Positions 1 through 8,710 of a stretch of DNA of 46,442 nt are shown here, one piece after another. Origin of the DNA: Gemmatimonadota bacterium (GTDB lineage Bacteria > Gemmatimonadota > Gemmatimonadetes > Gemmatimonadales > GWC2-71-9); the NCBI GenBank assembly GCA_003221005.1, contig QHTZ01000082.1, positions 1 to 46,442 of the forward strand, in the 5' to 3' direction. Every line of letters starts with the position of its first letter. Positions within the stretch are counted from its first letter, which is position 1. Both the position numbers and the translations under genes were made by a program. The notes below the pieces were generated by a model that did no database searches, was not told where the DNA came from, and saw only the letters and a program-made list of their open reading frames with translations.

Positions 1-393
1 ACGGCGGTGCTGCACGCCGTGCGCGGCTCCGACGACCTCGAGCGGGACCGGCCGCACCTCGCCCGGGCGTTCCAAGACGCGGTCCTCGACGTGCTCGTGA
101 CCAAGCTCGAGCGCGCGATCCAGGCGACGGGCTATCGTACCGCGCTGCTCGGGGGCGGGGTGGCCTGCAGCCGCGCCCTCGCCGAGCTCGCCGCGCGGCG
201 ACTGGCGGGCAGCGCCCGCGTCGCCGTCGCGAGCCCTCGCCTAAACGCCGACAACGCCGCGATGATCGCGCGCGCCGGCTGGTACCGCCTCGGGCTGGGC
301 GAGCGCAGCGACTGGACACTCGACGCCCGTGCCGACCTGCCGCTCCCGGGACTGGAGCCGGCCACCCTTCCCGACCTCACCCCACACCCATGA
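1..393 (+). CDS. tsaD: tRNA N6-threonylcarbamoyladenosine transferase TsaD, C-terminal part (5'-truncated by window)
   Basis: Contains AFQDAVLDVL, GGGVACS and DNAAMIARAG, typical of the TsaD/Kae1 C-terminus. Stop overlaps the lgt start (ATGA). Confidence 0.9.
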   Translation, partial: TAVLHAVRGSDDLERDRPHLARAFQDAVLDVLVTKLERAIQATGYRTALLGGGVACSRALAELAARRLAGSARVAVASPRLNADNAAMIARAGWYRLGLGERSDWTLDARADLPLPGLEPATLPDLTPHP

Positions 394-1241
394 CCATCTA
401 TCCGTTCGTCCTGCACCTCGGACCCATCTCCCTCACCGGCTACGGCATCATGATGATGGTTGCGTTCCTGATGGCCGGGTGGGCGATCCAGCTCGAGCTG
501 CGGCAGCGCGGGCTGGGGGAGGATTACGCAGCCGACATCATCATCGCGGCGGTGATCGGGGGACTGGTCGGCGCGAAGCTGTGGTACGTGGTCGCGACGC
601 GCGACTGGGAGGCGTTCTTCCGGCGCGGCGGCTTCGTCTGGTATGGGGGCTTCCTGGGCGGGGTGGCGGCGGTGCTGCTGAATGGCTGGCGGCTGCGCGT
701 GCCGCCGCGCTACACGATGGAACTCGTCGCCGCGGCCCTGCCGCTCGGCTACGCCCTCGGGCGCGTGGGCTGCTTCGTCGTGAACGACGACTACGGAATC
801 CCGACGGCGCTACCCTGGGGAATGAAGTTCCCGCAGGGGCTCCCGCCCACGACAGTCGCCAACCTGAGCCAGATGCACGTGTCATTCCCCGCGGGCACGA
901 ACCCGCTCGAGGTCGTGGCGGTCCACCCGACGCAGCTGTACGAGACCACGCTGATGTTGCTGGCATTCGCGTGGCTGTGGAAGCTGCGCACGCACCGGCA
1001 CGCACTCGGCTGGCGCTTCGGGGTGTATCTCGTCGTCGCGGGCGTGGAGCGTTTCTTCGTCGAGATCGTGCGCGCGAAGGACGACCGCTTCTTCGGGCCG
1101 TTGTCCCTGGCGCAGGTGACGAGTGTGCTCGTGGTGATCGCGGGCGTGGTGGTGATGGTGCGACTCTCTGCGCCCGACCCCGTTCCCGTCCCAGTCCCGG
1201 CGCGGCTCACCCGCACCCCGGCGCCGGCGGTCGTAACTTAG
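390..1241 (+). CDS. lgt: Prolipoprotein diacylglyceryl transferase
   Basis: Multi-TM protein with YGIMM, GFVWYGG, LGRVGCF, HPTQLYE and RFFVEIVR Lgt motifs. Confidence 0.95.
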   Translation: MTIYPFVLHLGPISLTGYGIMMMVAFLMAGWAIQLELRQRGLGEDYAADIIIAAVIGGLVGAKLWYVVATRDWEAFFRRGGFVWYGGFLGGVAAVLLNGWRLRVPPRYTMELVAAALPLGYALGRVGCFVVNDDYGIPTALPWGMKFPQGLPPTTVANLSQMHVSFPAGTNPLEVVAVHPTQLYETTLMLLAFAWLWKLRTHRHALGWRFGVYLVVAGVERFFVEIVRAKDDRFFGPLSLAQVTSVLVVIAGVVVMVRLSAPDPVPVPVPARLTRTPAPAVVT

Positions 1242-1256
1242 GCCGGGGCGCGACGT

Positions 1257-3311
1257 TTAGGGGAACGACGGCCTGCGCTCGGCGGCCGCGATGAGCCGGC
1301 GGCGTTGCAGCCAGACAACGGCGAAGAGCAGGGCCGCTAGGAGAAGGCCCTGGAGCGCGAGCGACTCGACGGTGGGATAGATGCCCAGCACGGGGACGCG
1401 CGGCGCCCAATCGAGCACCGTGGTCCGCACCAAGCCCCCTTCCTGCAAATCCGCGATGCCCTTGCCCGCGAACACGAACGCCATGTAGTAGAGCATTGCG
1501 CTCGTGACGCCGAAGAATGGACGTAGCGGGATCTTCACCCCGAACCGATTGATGGCGAGGTAGATCACAACCAGGCCGATCGCCCCCGCCGCCACACCGG
1601 CCGCCACGGCCACCGTACCGCCCCCTCCCTGAGCTGAGCCGGCGGACGTCAGTAGCGCCTTGTAGAACAGGATCGTCTCGAAGCCTTCGCGGTATACGGC
1701 GAGGAAGGCCACCGACCCGAGCGCGAAGCTCGAGCCCGTGGAGAGCGCGTCCTCCATCCGCCCCTTCACGAACGCGTTCCACTTGGCCACTTCGATCTTC
1801 GAGAGCAGCCAGTAGCTCACGTAGAACAACACGGCCGTCGCGACGAGCATGGTGGCCCCTTCCAGGGCGTCGCGCTGTCCGGGAGTGATCTGAAATAGCA
1901 TCTCGATCACTGCGGCCGTCACCACGCTCGCGGCCACGGCGAGCCACGCTCCTTTCGCCACGTCGCGCCGCCGCTCCATCGCCCCCGCCCGCGCCAGGAA
2001 CGTCATGAGGGCGGCCACGATCAGGATCGCCTCGAATCCCTCCCGCAGCATGAGCACGAACGATTCGGTGAATAGGTTCGCGCTCGACGTTTGATCCGCT
2101 ACGAGGCGCTCGGCGCGCTCGAGCCCCGAGAGCAGCCGGGCCCGGCATGCCTGCAGCTCGTCCGGGGCGGCGCCCGCCGCCGCGCGGGCCCGGAACGTCG
2201 CGAACGCGTCCTCGAGCTCTCCCGCGAGCGCAGCGTTGTGCGCCCGTACGGCCGTCTCGACCTGCTCGAAGGTCAGATAGGCGTCGAACGCCATCTTGTC
2301 GGAGCGTCGCGCCACCGCCGAATCGATCTTGCTGCGGACCTCGGAGAACACCGCCGCGGTCGGCGACGGCCGGCCGTGCTGGCGCTCGGCGGTGGGGAGG
2401 ACTCGCAGGAACGCCACGATGGCGCGCACCGCCCCCGGGTCGAGCGTGCGCGCGAACCCGGGCATCGGCGTCCCGGGCCGCCCGTGGAGAATCAACTGCA
2501 CGAGATCGTCGTCCGAAAACCGCGCCTGCACCGCGAGATCAGCGAGCGCCGGCGGCCGCACCGACATCGTAGCAGCGAGCGGGCCGTCGCCCCGCCCGGT
2601 GGCGCCATGGCAGGAGGCGCACTGCGCCGCGTACCACCCCTCGCCCTCGCCGGCCATCCCCGGAGCGGCGCGCAGCGTCGCGATGTACGTGGTGAGCGCC
2701 CAGCGATCCTCGGGTGACAGCGCCTCGGCGTATTCGGGCATGCCGGTGCCTGCTACGCCGATCGCGATCTTGCGGTACATGTCCACGGGCGAGACCCCGG
2801 CAAGCCCCGCGGTGTCCCCGAGATCGGCCGGGGGTGGGCCCGTCAGCTGCTTGGACTTGGGACCATCGCCGCGCCCAGTCGCGCCGTGGCACTGGATGCA
2901 CTGCTCCCGATACACGACTTCGCCCCGCGCGAGCGATGGCGGCTGCAGCGGGAACGGCTCGAGCGCACCGCCCACCGCCGCCGCGATGCGCTGCACCAGG
3001 ATCGCAGCGCGATGCCCGACCGAGTCGGGGGGAGCGTGGCGGTCGATCATCGCCCGCAGCGCGCGCAGACCGGTGTCCGCTGCAGCGCGCACCGGTCGTG
3101 GCAGCGAAGGCACGTCGAGCAACGCGGCATCCAGGAACTGGCCGGCCTCCTCGACCTCCTGGGGGGCAACCACGCGGCCGCCGTTCGGCGCCACCCCGGC
3201 CGCGTACTCTTTCGCCGCCAGTGACGTCGCGGCGACCACCCGCCGCGCCACCACGACCGAATCCTCCCGCTGCGCCACCAGCGGGGTGACGCACCAGGTA
3301 CTCAACACCAA
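1257..3311 (-). CDS. Cytochrome c / FTR1 family iron (or lead) permease fusion; true start may be slightly upstream
   Basis: Two CxxCH motifs (CIQCHG, CASCHG) with distal Met (GMPEY, PMPGF). C-terminal FTR1 domain has two REGFE motifs. Confidence 0.9.
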   Translation of the reverse strand: MVLSTWCVTPLVAQREDSVVVARRVVAATSLAAKEYAAGVAPNGGRVVAPQEVEEAGQFLDAALLDVPSLPRPVRAAADTGLRALRAMIDRHAPPDSVGHRAAILVQRIAAAVGGALEPFPLQPPSLARGEVVYREQCIQCHGATGRGDGPKSKQLTGPPPADLGDTAGLAGVSPVDMYRKIAIGVAGTGMPEYAEALSPEDRWALTTYIATLRAAPGMAGEGEGWYAAQCASCHGATGRGDGPLAATMSVRPPALADLAVQARFSDDDLVQLILHGRPGTPMPGFARTLDPGAVRAIVAFLRVLPTAERQHGRPSPTAAVFSEVRSKIDSAVARRSDKMAFDAYLTFEQVETAVRAHNAALAGELEDAFATFRARAAAGAAPDELQACRARLLSGLERAERLVADQTSSANLFTESFVLMLREGFEAILIVAALMTFLARAGAMERRRDVAKGAWLAVAASVVTAAVIEMLFQITPGQRDALEGATMLVATAVLFYVSYWLLSKIEVAKWNAFVKGRMEDALSTGSSFALGSVAFLAVYREGFETILFYKALLTSAGSAQGGGGTVAVAAGVAAGAIGLVVIYLAINRFGVKIPLRPFFGVTSAMLYYMAFVFAGKGIADLQEGGLVRTTVLDWAPRVPVLGIYPTVESLALQGLLLAALLFAVVWLQRRRLIAAAERRPSFP

Positions 3312-3364
3312 GCCAAGGAACAGCTTAGGAGTGATGCGAAGGCTTCCGGGAAAGAAGGTCAGAA

Positions 3365-3393
3365 AAAGTAGAGTGAAACTGTCGGGAATTCAA
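3365..3393 (-). promoter_or_regulatory. Putative sigma70 promoter of the FTR1 gene
   Basis: Minus strand TTGAAT-17 nt-TACTTT in an AT-rich intergenic gap. Confidence 0.6.
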
Positions 3394-3403
3394 GCTGGCC
3401 GCC

Positions 3404-3790
3404 TCACTCCCCGACGAGCACCGCGACGGCCACTGCCGCCAGGTGGGTGTGCGACAGGGAGAGCAGCACGCGGCGCACCCGCAGCTCCGCCGCGCGGGCG
3501 GCGGCCGCGCCCGACAGGGCGACGTCAGGCCGCCCGTCGGCTCCCCGCGTGACCTCGATCTCGCGCCAGCCGATTCCCCGTGCCGCTTCGCTTCCCTGGA
3601 GCGCCTTGTACACCGCCTCCTTAGCGGCAAGCCGGACCGCGACGTGCGTCGCCGGATCGGGCCGGCTCTCGCAGTATGCGCGCTCTGCAGGGGTAAGCAG
3701 GCGCTCGAATACGCGCGCGCCCTTGTCGGCGATGATCGCGCTCACCCGCGGCACTTCCACCAGGTCCACGCCGACGCCAAGCGCATTCAC
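3404..3790 (-). CDS. acpS: Holo-[acyl-carrier-protein] synthase (start GTG 3790, alternatively 3802)
   Basis: GVGVDLVEV, RLAAKEAVYKAL, GRP and LSLSHT motifs in the C-terminal part of ORF 3404..4258. Confidence 0.92.
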   Translation of the reverse strand: MNALGVGVDLVEVPRVSAIIADKGARVFERLLTPAERAYCESRPDPATHVAVRLAAKEAVYKALQGSEAARGIGWREIEVTRGADGRPDVALSGAAAARAAELRVRRVLLSLSHTHLAAVAVAVLVGE

Positions 3791-3806
3791 GGCGGGGAGC
3801 ACAGGC

Positions 3807-4541
3807 TCAGAAGCCCAGCCGCACCGCGAGCCACAGCGGGGCGGCGATATAGCCCCCCAGCACGAGGCCCAGCCAGATGAGTGCGGCGGCGATCGGTGCC
3901 CACAGGAGGAGCAGCGGCCAGAGCGGCGGCCGCCAGCTCGCGACGGCGTCGATCTCGGGCGCCCAGCGCCGTGCTTCGAGGGCGAGCTCATCTTCGAGCG
4001 CGAGCCACGCCGCTTCGATGACCCGCGCCGTGGCGCGCAGCGCGTCCTGCCATTCGGCATGCGCCGCCTTGTCGAGGACACTGGCCTCGCGGGCGTGCGC
4101 CGCGGCCGCCGCGAGCGCGTCGAGCGCAGCCACGAACCGCTCCGCGCCGCTCCCGAGGCGGGCGACGATCGCGCGGCGCTCCCCGGCTGAGAGAATCCGA
4201 CGCCGCCACTCGCGGCGGGGCATCCGCACGCGCCGCGCGGCACGGACGATGCCATCATCGAGCGCCCGCGCTGCCCGCTCCGCGGTGCGCCGTACGGCGT
4301 GCTCCCATGCAGCGAGCCAGGCGCGCCGGCTCAGGGCTTCGAGCACCGCGTCGCGCTGTTCCCGCGCTGCGGCGCCGCGCGCCTCTCCCGCGAGCTCGAT
4401 GACGCGGGTCGCGAGCTCTTCGCGGATGTCGTCGACCGCGATCCACGGTTCCCCGACGCGCCGCGGCACGAGCAGCCGGCCCAGGAATGGGGCGAGCTCG
4501 GGGACGCGGAGCGGCATCGGGATTTTGAGGGGCGCGCTCAT
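3807..4541 (-). CDS. Hypothetical helical protein with C-terminal membrane anchor
   Basis: Ala/Arg-rich helical ORF ending in a hydrophobic hairpin. Start overlaps the upstream stop (ATGA). Confidence 0.75.
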   Translation of the reverse strand: MSAPLKIPMPLRVPELAPFLGRLLVPRRVGEPWIAVDDIREELATRVIELAGEARGAAAREQRDAVLEALSRRAWLAAWEHAVRRTAERAARALDDGIVRAARRVRMPRREWRRRILSAGERRAIVARLGSGAERFVAALDALAAAAAHAREASVLDKAAHAEWQDALRATARVIEAAWLALEDELALEARRWAPEIDAVASWRPPLWPLLLLWAPIAAALIWLGLVLGGYIAAPLWLAVRLGF

Positions 4542-5119
4542 CGGCGCCGGGCAACGCGGGCGGACTTGCCCGTGCGGGCCTCGTACTCCGCCGTGAAGTG
4601 TTTCAGGGATTCGGGAAGGAAGTCCGCCCGCGGCAAACCCGTCGCGACGATCCCGCGCTCGATGGCCCGTGGCCCGCCCTCGACCTCAAGCAGCACGTCC
4701 ATCGCCGGGTACCACTCGAGCCGCAATACCACGCCGGGCAGCCGATAGATCTCCACCGTACGGTCGATCTCGAGCGAGACGCGGAACCCGGCGTGCTCGA
4801 GGATCGCGAGCGTCGCATCCGGATCGGCGACGCGCGCCTCCAGCTCGGCGCGGTGGCGGTAGCCCCGGCGGGCGCTGTGCGGACCCTTCCAGCCGAGCAC
4901 GCCGTACGCTGGACTGCCGTCGGCGGGCCGGTACACCCGCAGCCGCAACACCTCGTCGCGTGCCTTGAGCCTGCCGCCCCGGTCGAGGCGGCGATCGAGC
5001 ATCGCCCCCGAGAACTCGAGGGTCGCCCCCGCCTGCGTCAGCGCCCGGCGCACGGCGGCGGGATCCGCGACTCGCGCTTTGACCTCCAGCTCGTCCGCGG
5101 CCGCGGGCAGTTTGCTCAC
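4538..5119 (-). CDS. CYTH-domain protein (class IV adenylate cyclase / triphosphate tunnel metalloenzyme family)
   Basis: N-terminal ExExK (ELEVK), LRLR and LLEVEG motifs. Confidence 0.85.
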   Translation of the reverse strand: MSKLPAAADELEVKARVADPAAVRRALTQAGATLEFSGAMLDRRLDRGGRLKARDEVLRLRVYRPADGSPAYGVLGWKGPHSARRGYRHRAELEARVADPDATLAILEHAGFRVSLEIDRTVEIYRLPGVVLRLEWYPAMDVLLEVEGGPRAIERGIVATGLPRADFLPESLKHFTAEYEARTGKSARVARRR

Positions 5120-5817
5120 GCCAGCAGCGCGTCGAGCACGGCGGCGGTGTCCGCAAGCGTCGCGAACACGTGTGTCGCGCCGGAGGCGCGGAGCGCCGCC
5201 ACATCGTAGTACCCGGTCGCCACAGCCAGCGACAAGGCACCGATGGGACGCCCGCAGGCTACGTCGGCAGGCGTGTCGCCCACGATCACGGCGTCGCCAC
5301 CCCCGAGCCGGCGCCCGGTGCGCGCGGCGGCCCGCTCCAGCGCGATCGCCGGCAGATCGGCACGGCGCCCCGAGTCGGACCCGTACGCCCCGACCGCGAA
5401 GCGCGCAGGATCGACCCCCGCCGCGCGCAGCTTGAGCGCTGCGCCGGACGCGAGGTTGCCGGTCAAGATTCCCACGAGCGCCCGTCCAGCCGCTTCATGC
5501 GGCTCGAGTCCCGCCAGTAGCTCGGCCACCCCGGGCAGGAGGCGCGCGGTGTGCGGCGACCGCTCGAGCTCCTGCGCCAGCAGGTCGATGTAGCGCCGGC
5601 ACACCGCGTCAGCCAGCGCGGCGTCGTCCGCCCGGGGATGGCCCGCCAGGGAAAGCAGGTCAGCCACGATCTGCGGGTCGGTCTTGCCGTCGAGGCGGTA
5701 GCTGTCGATCGGGCCTGCCGTCCCCGCAACGGTCTCGAGGGCGTGCTTGATCGCCCGCCGCCCGGCGCCGTCGGTCCAGAGCAGCGTGCCGTCGATGTCG
5801 AAGAGAATGAGTCGCAT
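5116..5817 (-). CDS. HAD family phosphatase
   Basis: LFDIDGTL motif I, LTGN motif II and IVGDTPADV motif IV. Confidence 0.92.
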   Translation of the reverse strand: MRLILFDIDGTLLWTDGAGRRAIKHALETVAGTAGPIDSYRLDGKTDPQIVADLLSLAGHPRADDAALADAVCRRYIDLLAQELERSPHTARLLPGVAELLAGLEPHEAAGRALVGILTGNLASGAALKLRAAGVDPARFAVGAYGSDSGRRADLPAIALERAAARTGRRLGGGDAVIVGDTPADVACGRPIGALSLAVATGYYDVAALRASGATHVFATLADTAAVLDALLA

Positions 5818-5836
5818 GGCGCAAAACTAATGGCGG

Positions 5837-6865
5837 TCAATGGGGAGGGCGTACCCGGCGCACACCCACGAGATTGGCACGCAGCCGACGGCCCGGCTCC
5901 GTGTCCGCGAGCAGGTCGTCCGACCCGACGCCGCCGCGCGCCAGTGCCGAGTGCACGATGCGGCCCGCGCCGGCCCACAACGCGACATGCGCGACGCGCC
6001 CTCCTTCGGCGAAGAACAGCAGGTCACCCGCCTCGTAGCCACTCCCGTCGCTCGCCGGCGGCACCTCGCGCCCGGCGAGAAACTGCAGGTCGCTGTCGCG
6101 CGGCAGCACCGTCCCCCGCACCGCGCAGGTCTCCTGCACCAGGCCCGAGCAGTCGATCCCCCAGTCGCTCCGGCCCCCCAATTGGTACGGCGCCCCGCCG
6201 TACCAGCGGAGCGCCCACTCGGGTGCGGCGAGGAACGTCGCCTCTGCCCGCCACTCCATCTCCGGGCGCACGGCGCCCGCCACGACATTCCAGAGCCGGC
6301 CGTCTGCCGTCTCCACGCGCCCGTCCAGCCGCAACGCGACCCGGGCACCGAGCGGCAACTGGAGGTGGGAGCCCTCGCAGCGCAGCTCCGCGCGCACCGC
6401 GCGCGCAGTAGCCCGGCCGGTCCAATCCTCGAGCCAGTCGACCGGGCCGGACGCGAGGTAGCCGGCGTGTGTCCACGCGTGATAGCCGTCCGTCGTCCGC
6501 ACTCGCAGCCACCCGCCGCGCCGTTCGAGCACCGCGAGCGCCTCGCCGTGCAGGGCGTCGCTGGCCCGCCCGGCGCTGATCGCGGGCGCCTCCACGAGCG
6601 GCGCGAGCGCGGCGGTCACCACGGCGCCAGGCTCGTCTCGTACCGCGGCCGCGGGAAGGGCTGCGACCTCGACCCCAAGGCCCGCCTCGGCAGCGAGGCG
6701 CTGTACCGCCGCCAGTGCTTCGCGACTCGTGGTCGCGCCCACGAGCTTGCGGCCCTCCCCCTCGCCGCCCTCCACCACGCTGACCTCGAACACACCGAGC
6801 CGGTGGTCGGGCACCCATTTCCGGCGCAGGTCGGACACCGTCCGCTCCAACCGGTCCGTCATCAC
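5837..6865 (-). CDS. SH3b-NlpC/P60 cysteine peptidase (YkfC-like gamma-D-glutamyl endopeptidase)
   Basis: SH3b-like WLRVRTTDGYHAW, PYQLGG, GIDCSGL, LPRDSDLQ, GDLLFF, HVAL. No signal peptide. Confidence 0.88.
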   Translation of the reverse strand: MMTDRLERTVSDLRRKWVPDHRLGVFEVSVVEGGEGEGRKLVGATTSREALAAVQRLAAEAGLGVEVAALPAAAVRDEPGAVVTAALAPLVEAPAISAGRASDALHGEALAVLERRGGWLRVRTTDGYHAWTHAGYLASGPVDWLEDWTGRATARAVRAELRCEGSHLQLPLGARVALRLDGRVETADGRLWNVVAGAVRPEMEWRAEATFLAAPEWALRWYGGAPYQLGGRSDWGIDCSGLVQETCAVRGTVLPRDSDLQFLAGREVPPASDGSGYEAGDLLFFAEGGRVAHVALWAGAGRIVHSALARGGVGSDDLLADTEPGRRLRANLVGVRRVRPPH

Positions 6866-7860
6866 CCCGCTCCGTCCCCGAGACCGGGGATGTCGCGCAT
6901 CCCGCGCGCCAGCCGCACCGCGCGCTCCACGGCAACCGGGACTGCCTGCGCTACGAGCGCCTCGGCCTGAACCGGCGTGGCCGGCGCCACCTGCGCCGTG
7001 CTCACCGCGAAGATGACGTCCCCGTCGAACAACGTGCCGTAGGGGACGATGCGCCGCGCCAGCGCGTCGCCGCCCGCGTGGGCCAACCCTTCGAGCTGGG
7101 GCCGGTCGAGTGCCGCGTTCGTCGCTACGACAGCGAGCGTGGTGTTTTGCCCTGCCCCCACCGCCACCGACGCCGCGACCGCGCCGAGGGGCGCGCCGCC
7201 GTCGCCGAGGTAGCGCAGCGCGTCCACCGGCTTGCCGTCAGGCCCGCGCGCCCCCGCGAGAATCTCACCGGCCGGGCCGAGCACGTTGCCGACCGAGTTG
7301 AGCACCACCAGCGCACCCACGACCACCTCCCCACCCTGCGCTGCCCATGTCCCCACGCCCCCCTTCATCGCGCGGCGCAGCCCCAGCGCCTTGCCGACGG
7401 TGGCGCCGGTGCCCGCCCCGACGGATCCCTCAGCGATATCCACGGTGGCGGCGTCGCACGCGCGGTAGCCGTCGTCCGGCATGGGCCACCGGTCGGCGCG
7501 CCCGCTTGGTCCCAGGTCGAAGTCAAAGATCACGGCGGTCGGCACGATCGGAACGGCGCCAGCCGCCCCCACGGGAAACCCGCGCTGTCGCTCCGCCAGC
7601 CAGCGCATCACGCCGTCCGCTGCGCCCAATCCGAACGCCGAGCCGCCGGTGAGGAGAATCGCGTCCACGTGGCCGACGACGTGCCGCGGATGGAGCGCGT
7701 CCAGCTCGCGCGTCCCGGTCGCGCGCCCGCGCACCGCCGCGGCGGCGCGCATGCCGCCCGCGGGGGCGAGCACCACAGTGCACCCCGTCGCGCGGACCGC
7801 GTCGGTCCAGTGGCCGACGGTGATTCCGGAAACCGCGGCGAGGTTGGACACAGGCGTCAT
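6862..7860 (-). CDS. P1/S58 family peptidase (DmpA-like aminopeptidase)
   Basis: TGCTVVL, GTRELDAL, LTGGSAFGL, GAGTGATVGK, NTTL autocleavage site and DGDVIFAVST. Confidence 0.9.
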   Translation of the reverse strand: MTPVSNLAAVSGITVGHWTDAVRATGCTVVLAPAGGMRAAAAVRGRATGTRELDALHPRHVVGHVDAILLTGGSAFGLGAADGVMRWLAERQRGFPVGAAGAVPIVPTAVIFDFDLGPSGRADRWPMPDDGYRACDAATVDIAEGSVGAGTGATVGKALGLRRAMKGGVGTWAAQGGEVVVGALVVLNSVGNVLGPAGEILAGARGPDGKPVDALRYLGDGGAPLGAVAASVAVGAGQNTTLAVVATNAALDRPQLEGLAHAGGDALARRIVPYGTLFDGDVIFAVSTAQVAPATPVQAEALVAQAVPVAVERAVRLARGMRDIPGLGDGAG

Positions 7861-7905
7861 GAGCTTGGCTTGCTCGGCTTGTGGCCGGCAGGTACGTTAG
7901 CGCGC

Positions 7906-8520
7906 ATGGCCAAGCCGGAGCCGCAGAGCGAGCCCACGAAAATCCTCGTCGTGGACGACGAGGACGGTATCCGGCAAGCGCTCGACCGGTTTCTCACACG
8001 GCTCGGCTACCGCGTGGTTCAGGCGGCAAACGCCGCCGAAGCGCTGGAGCGACAGGCGACCGAGACCCCCGAATTGATGCTCTCCGACATCCGGATGCCG
8101 AACATGACCGGGGTCGAGCTCGTGCCCAAGGCCCTCGCGCACGACCCGGACCTCGCGATCATCATGCTCACGGCGATCGACGAGCCCCGCACCGCGATCG
8201 AGTGCCTCAAGCTCGGCGCCTACGACTACCTCATCAAGCCTGTGGACCTGGACGAGCTGGAGCTATCGCTCCAGGGCGCGCTGCGCCAGCGCCAGCTGGA
8301 GGTCGAGCGGCGCGAGCTGGAGCAGTGGCTCGCCCGCGAAGTGGCGGTCCGCACCCGGGATCTCGAAGAGCACACGACGGCGATCGGTCAAGTCGCCCTG
8401 GACGCGCTCGCGGCCACCAACAGCTGGCCGGGAGAGCGGCAGGCGGTGGAGAAGCTGGCGGAAGCCCTGGGCAGCCCCGCCGACGAGATCGCCGCCGAGC
8501 TCCTCAAGCGCCGCGGCTAG
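7906..8520 (+). CDS. Response regulator: receiver domain plus short helical tail
   Basis: KILVVDDE, SDIRMPNMTG and GAYDYLIKP. ATG at 7906 lies within ORF 7078..8520. Confidence 0.88.
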   Translation: MAKPEPQSEPTKILVVDDEDGIRQALDRFLTRLGYRVVQAANAAEALERQATETPELMLSDIRMPNMTGVELVPKALAHDPDLAIIMLTAIDEPRTAIECLKLGAYDYLIKPVDLDELELSLQGALRQRQLEVERRELEQWLAREVAVRTRDLEEHTTAIGQVALDALAATNSWPGERQAVEKLAEALGSPADEIAAELLKRRG

Positions 8521-8699
8521 GCCTTCGGGGCGTGCGCTTTCGCCTCACACGCTTTGCAGCGTGTGATCCCCCGAAACGAACAAATCAGGCAGATGAACGT
8601 GCCGCATTCCGAGCAGGGGTATCCCTCCGAGGCGCGCTCTTCGTTGCCGCAGTAGCGGCAGGTCATCGCGTCGTGCTCCTTCAGCTCCGGCTTGTCCAT
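8517..8699 (-). CDS. 60-aa Cys-rich protein with four CxxC motifs (putative double zinc finger)
   Basis: CRYC, CSEC, CLIC, CKAC. GGAGG Shine-Dalgarno 5 nt upstream of the ATG. Confidence 0.8.
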   Translation of the reverse strand: MDKPELKEHDAMTCRYCGNEERASEGYPCSECGTFICLICSFRGITRCKACEAKAHAPKA

Positions 8700-8710
8700 A
8701 GGCGCCTCCG

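Noticed and set aside
1170-1205. PDPVPVPVP low-complexity tail of Lgt
   Set aside because: Period 6 (a codon-level dipeptide repeat) with no inverted arm, so not counted in the repeat family.
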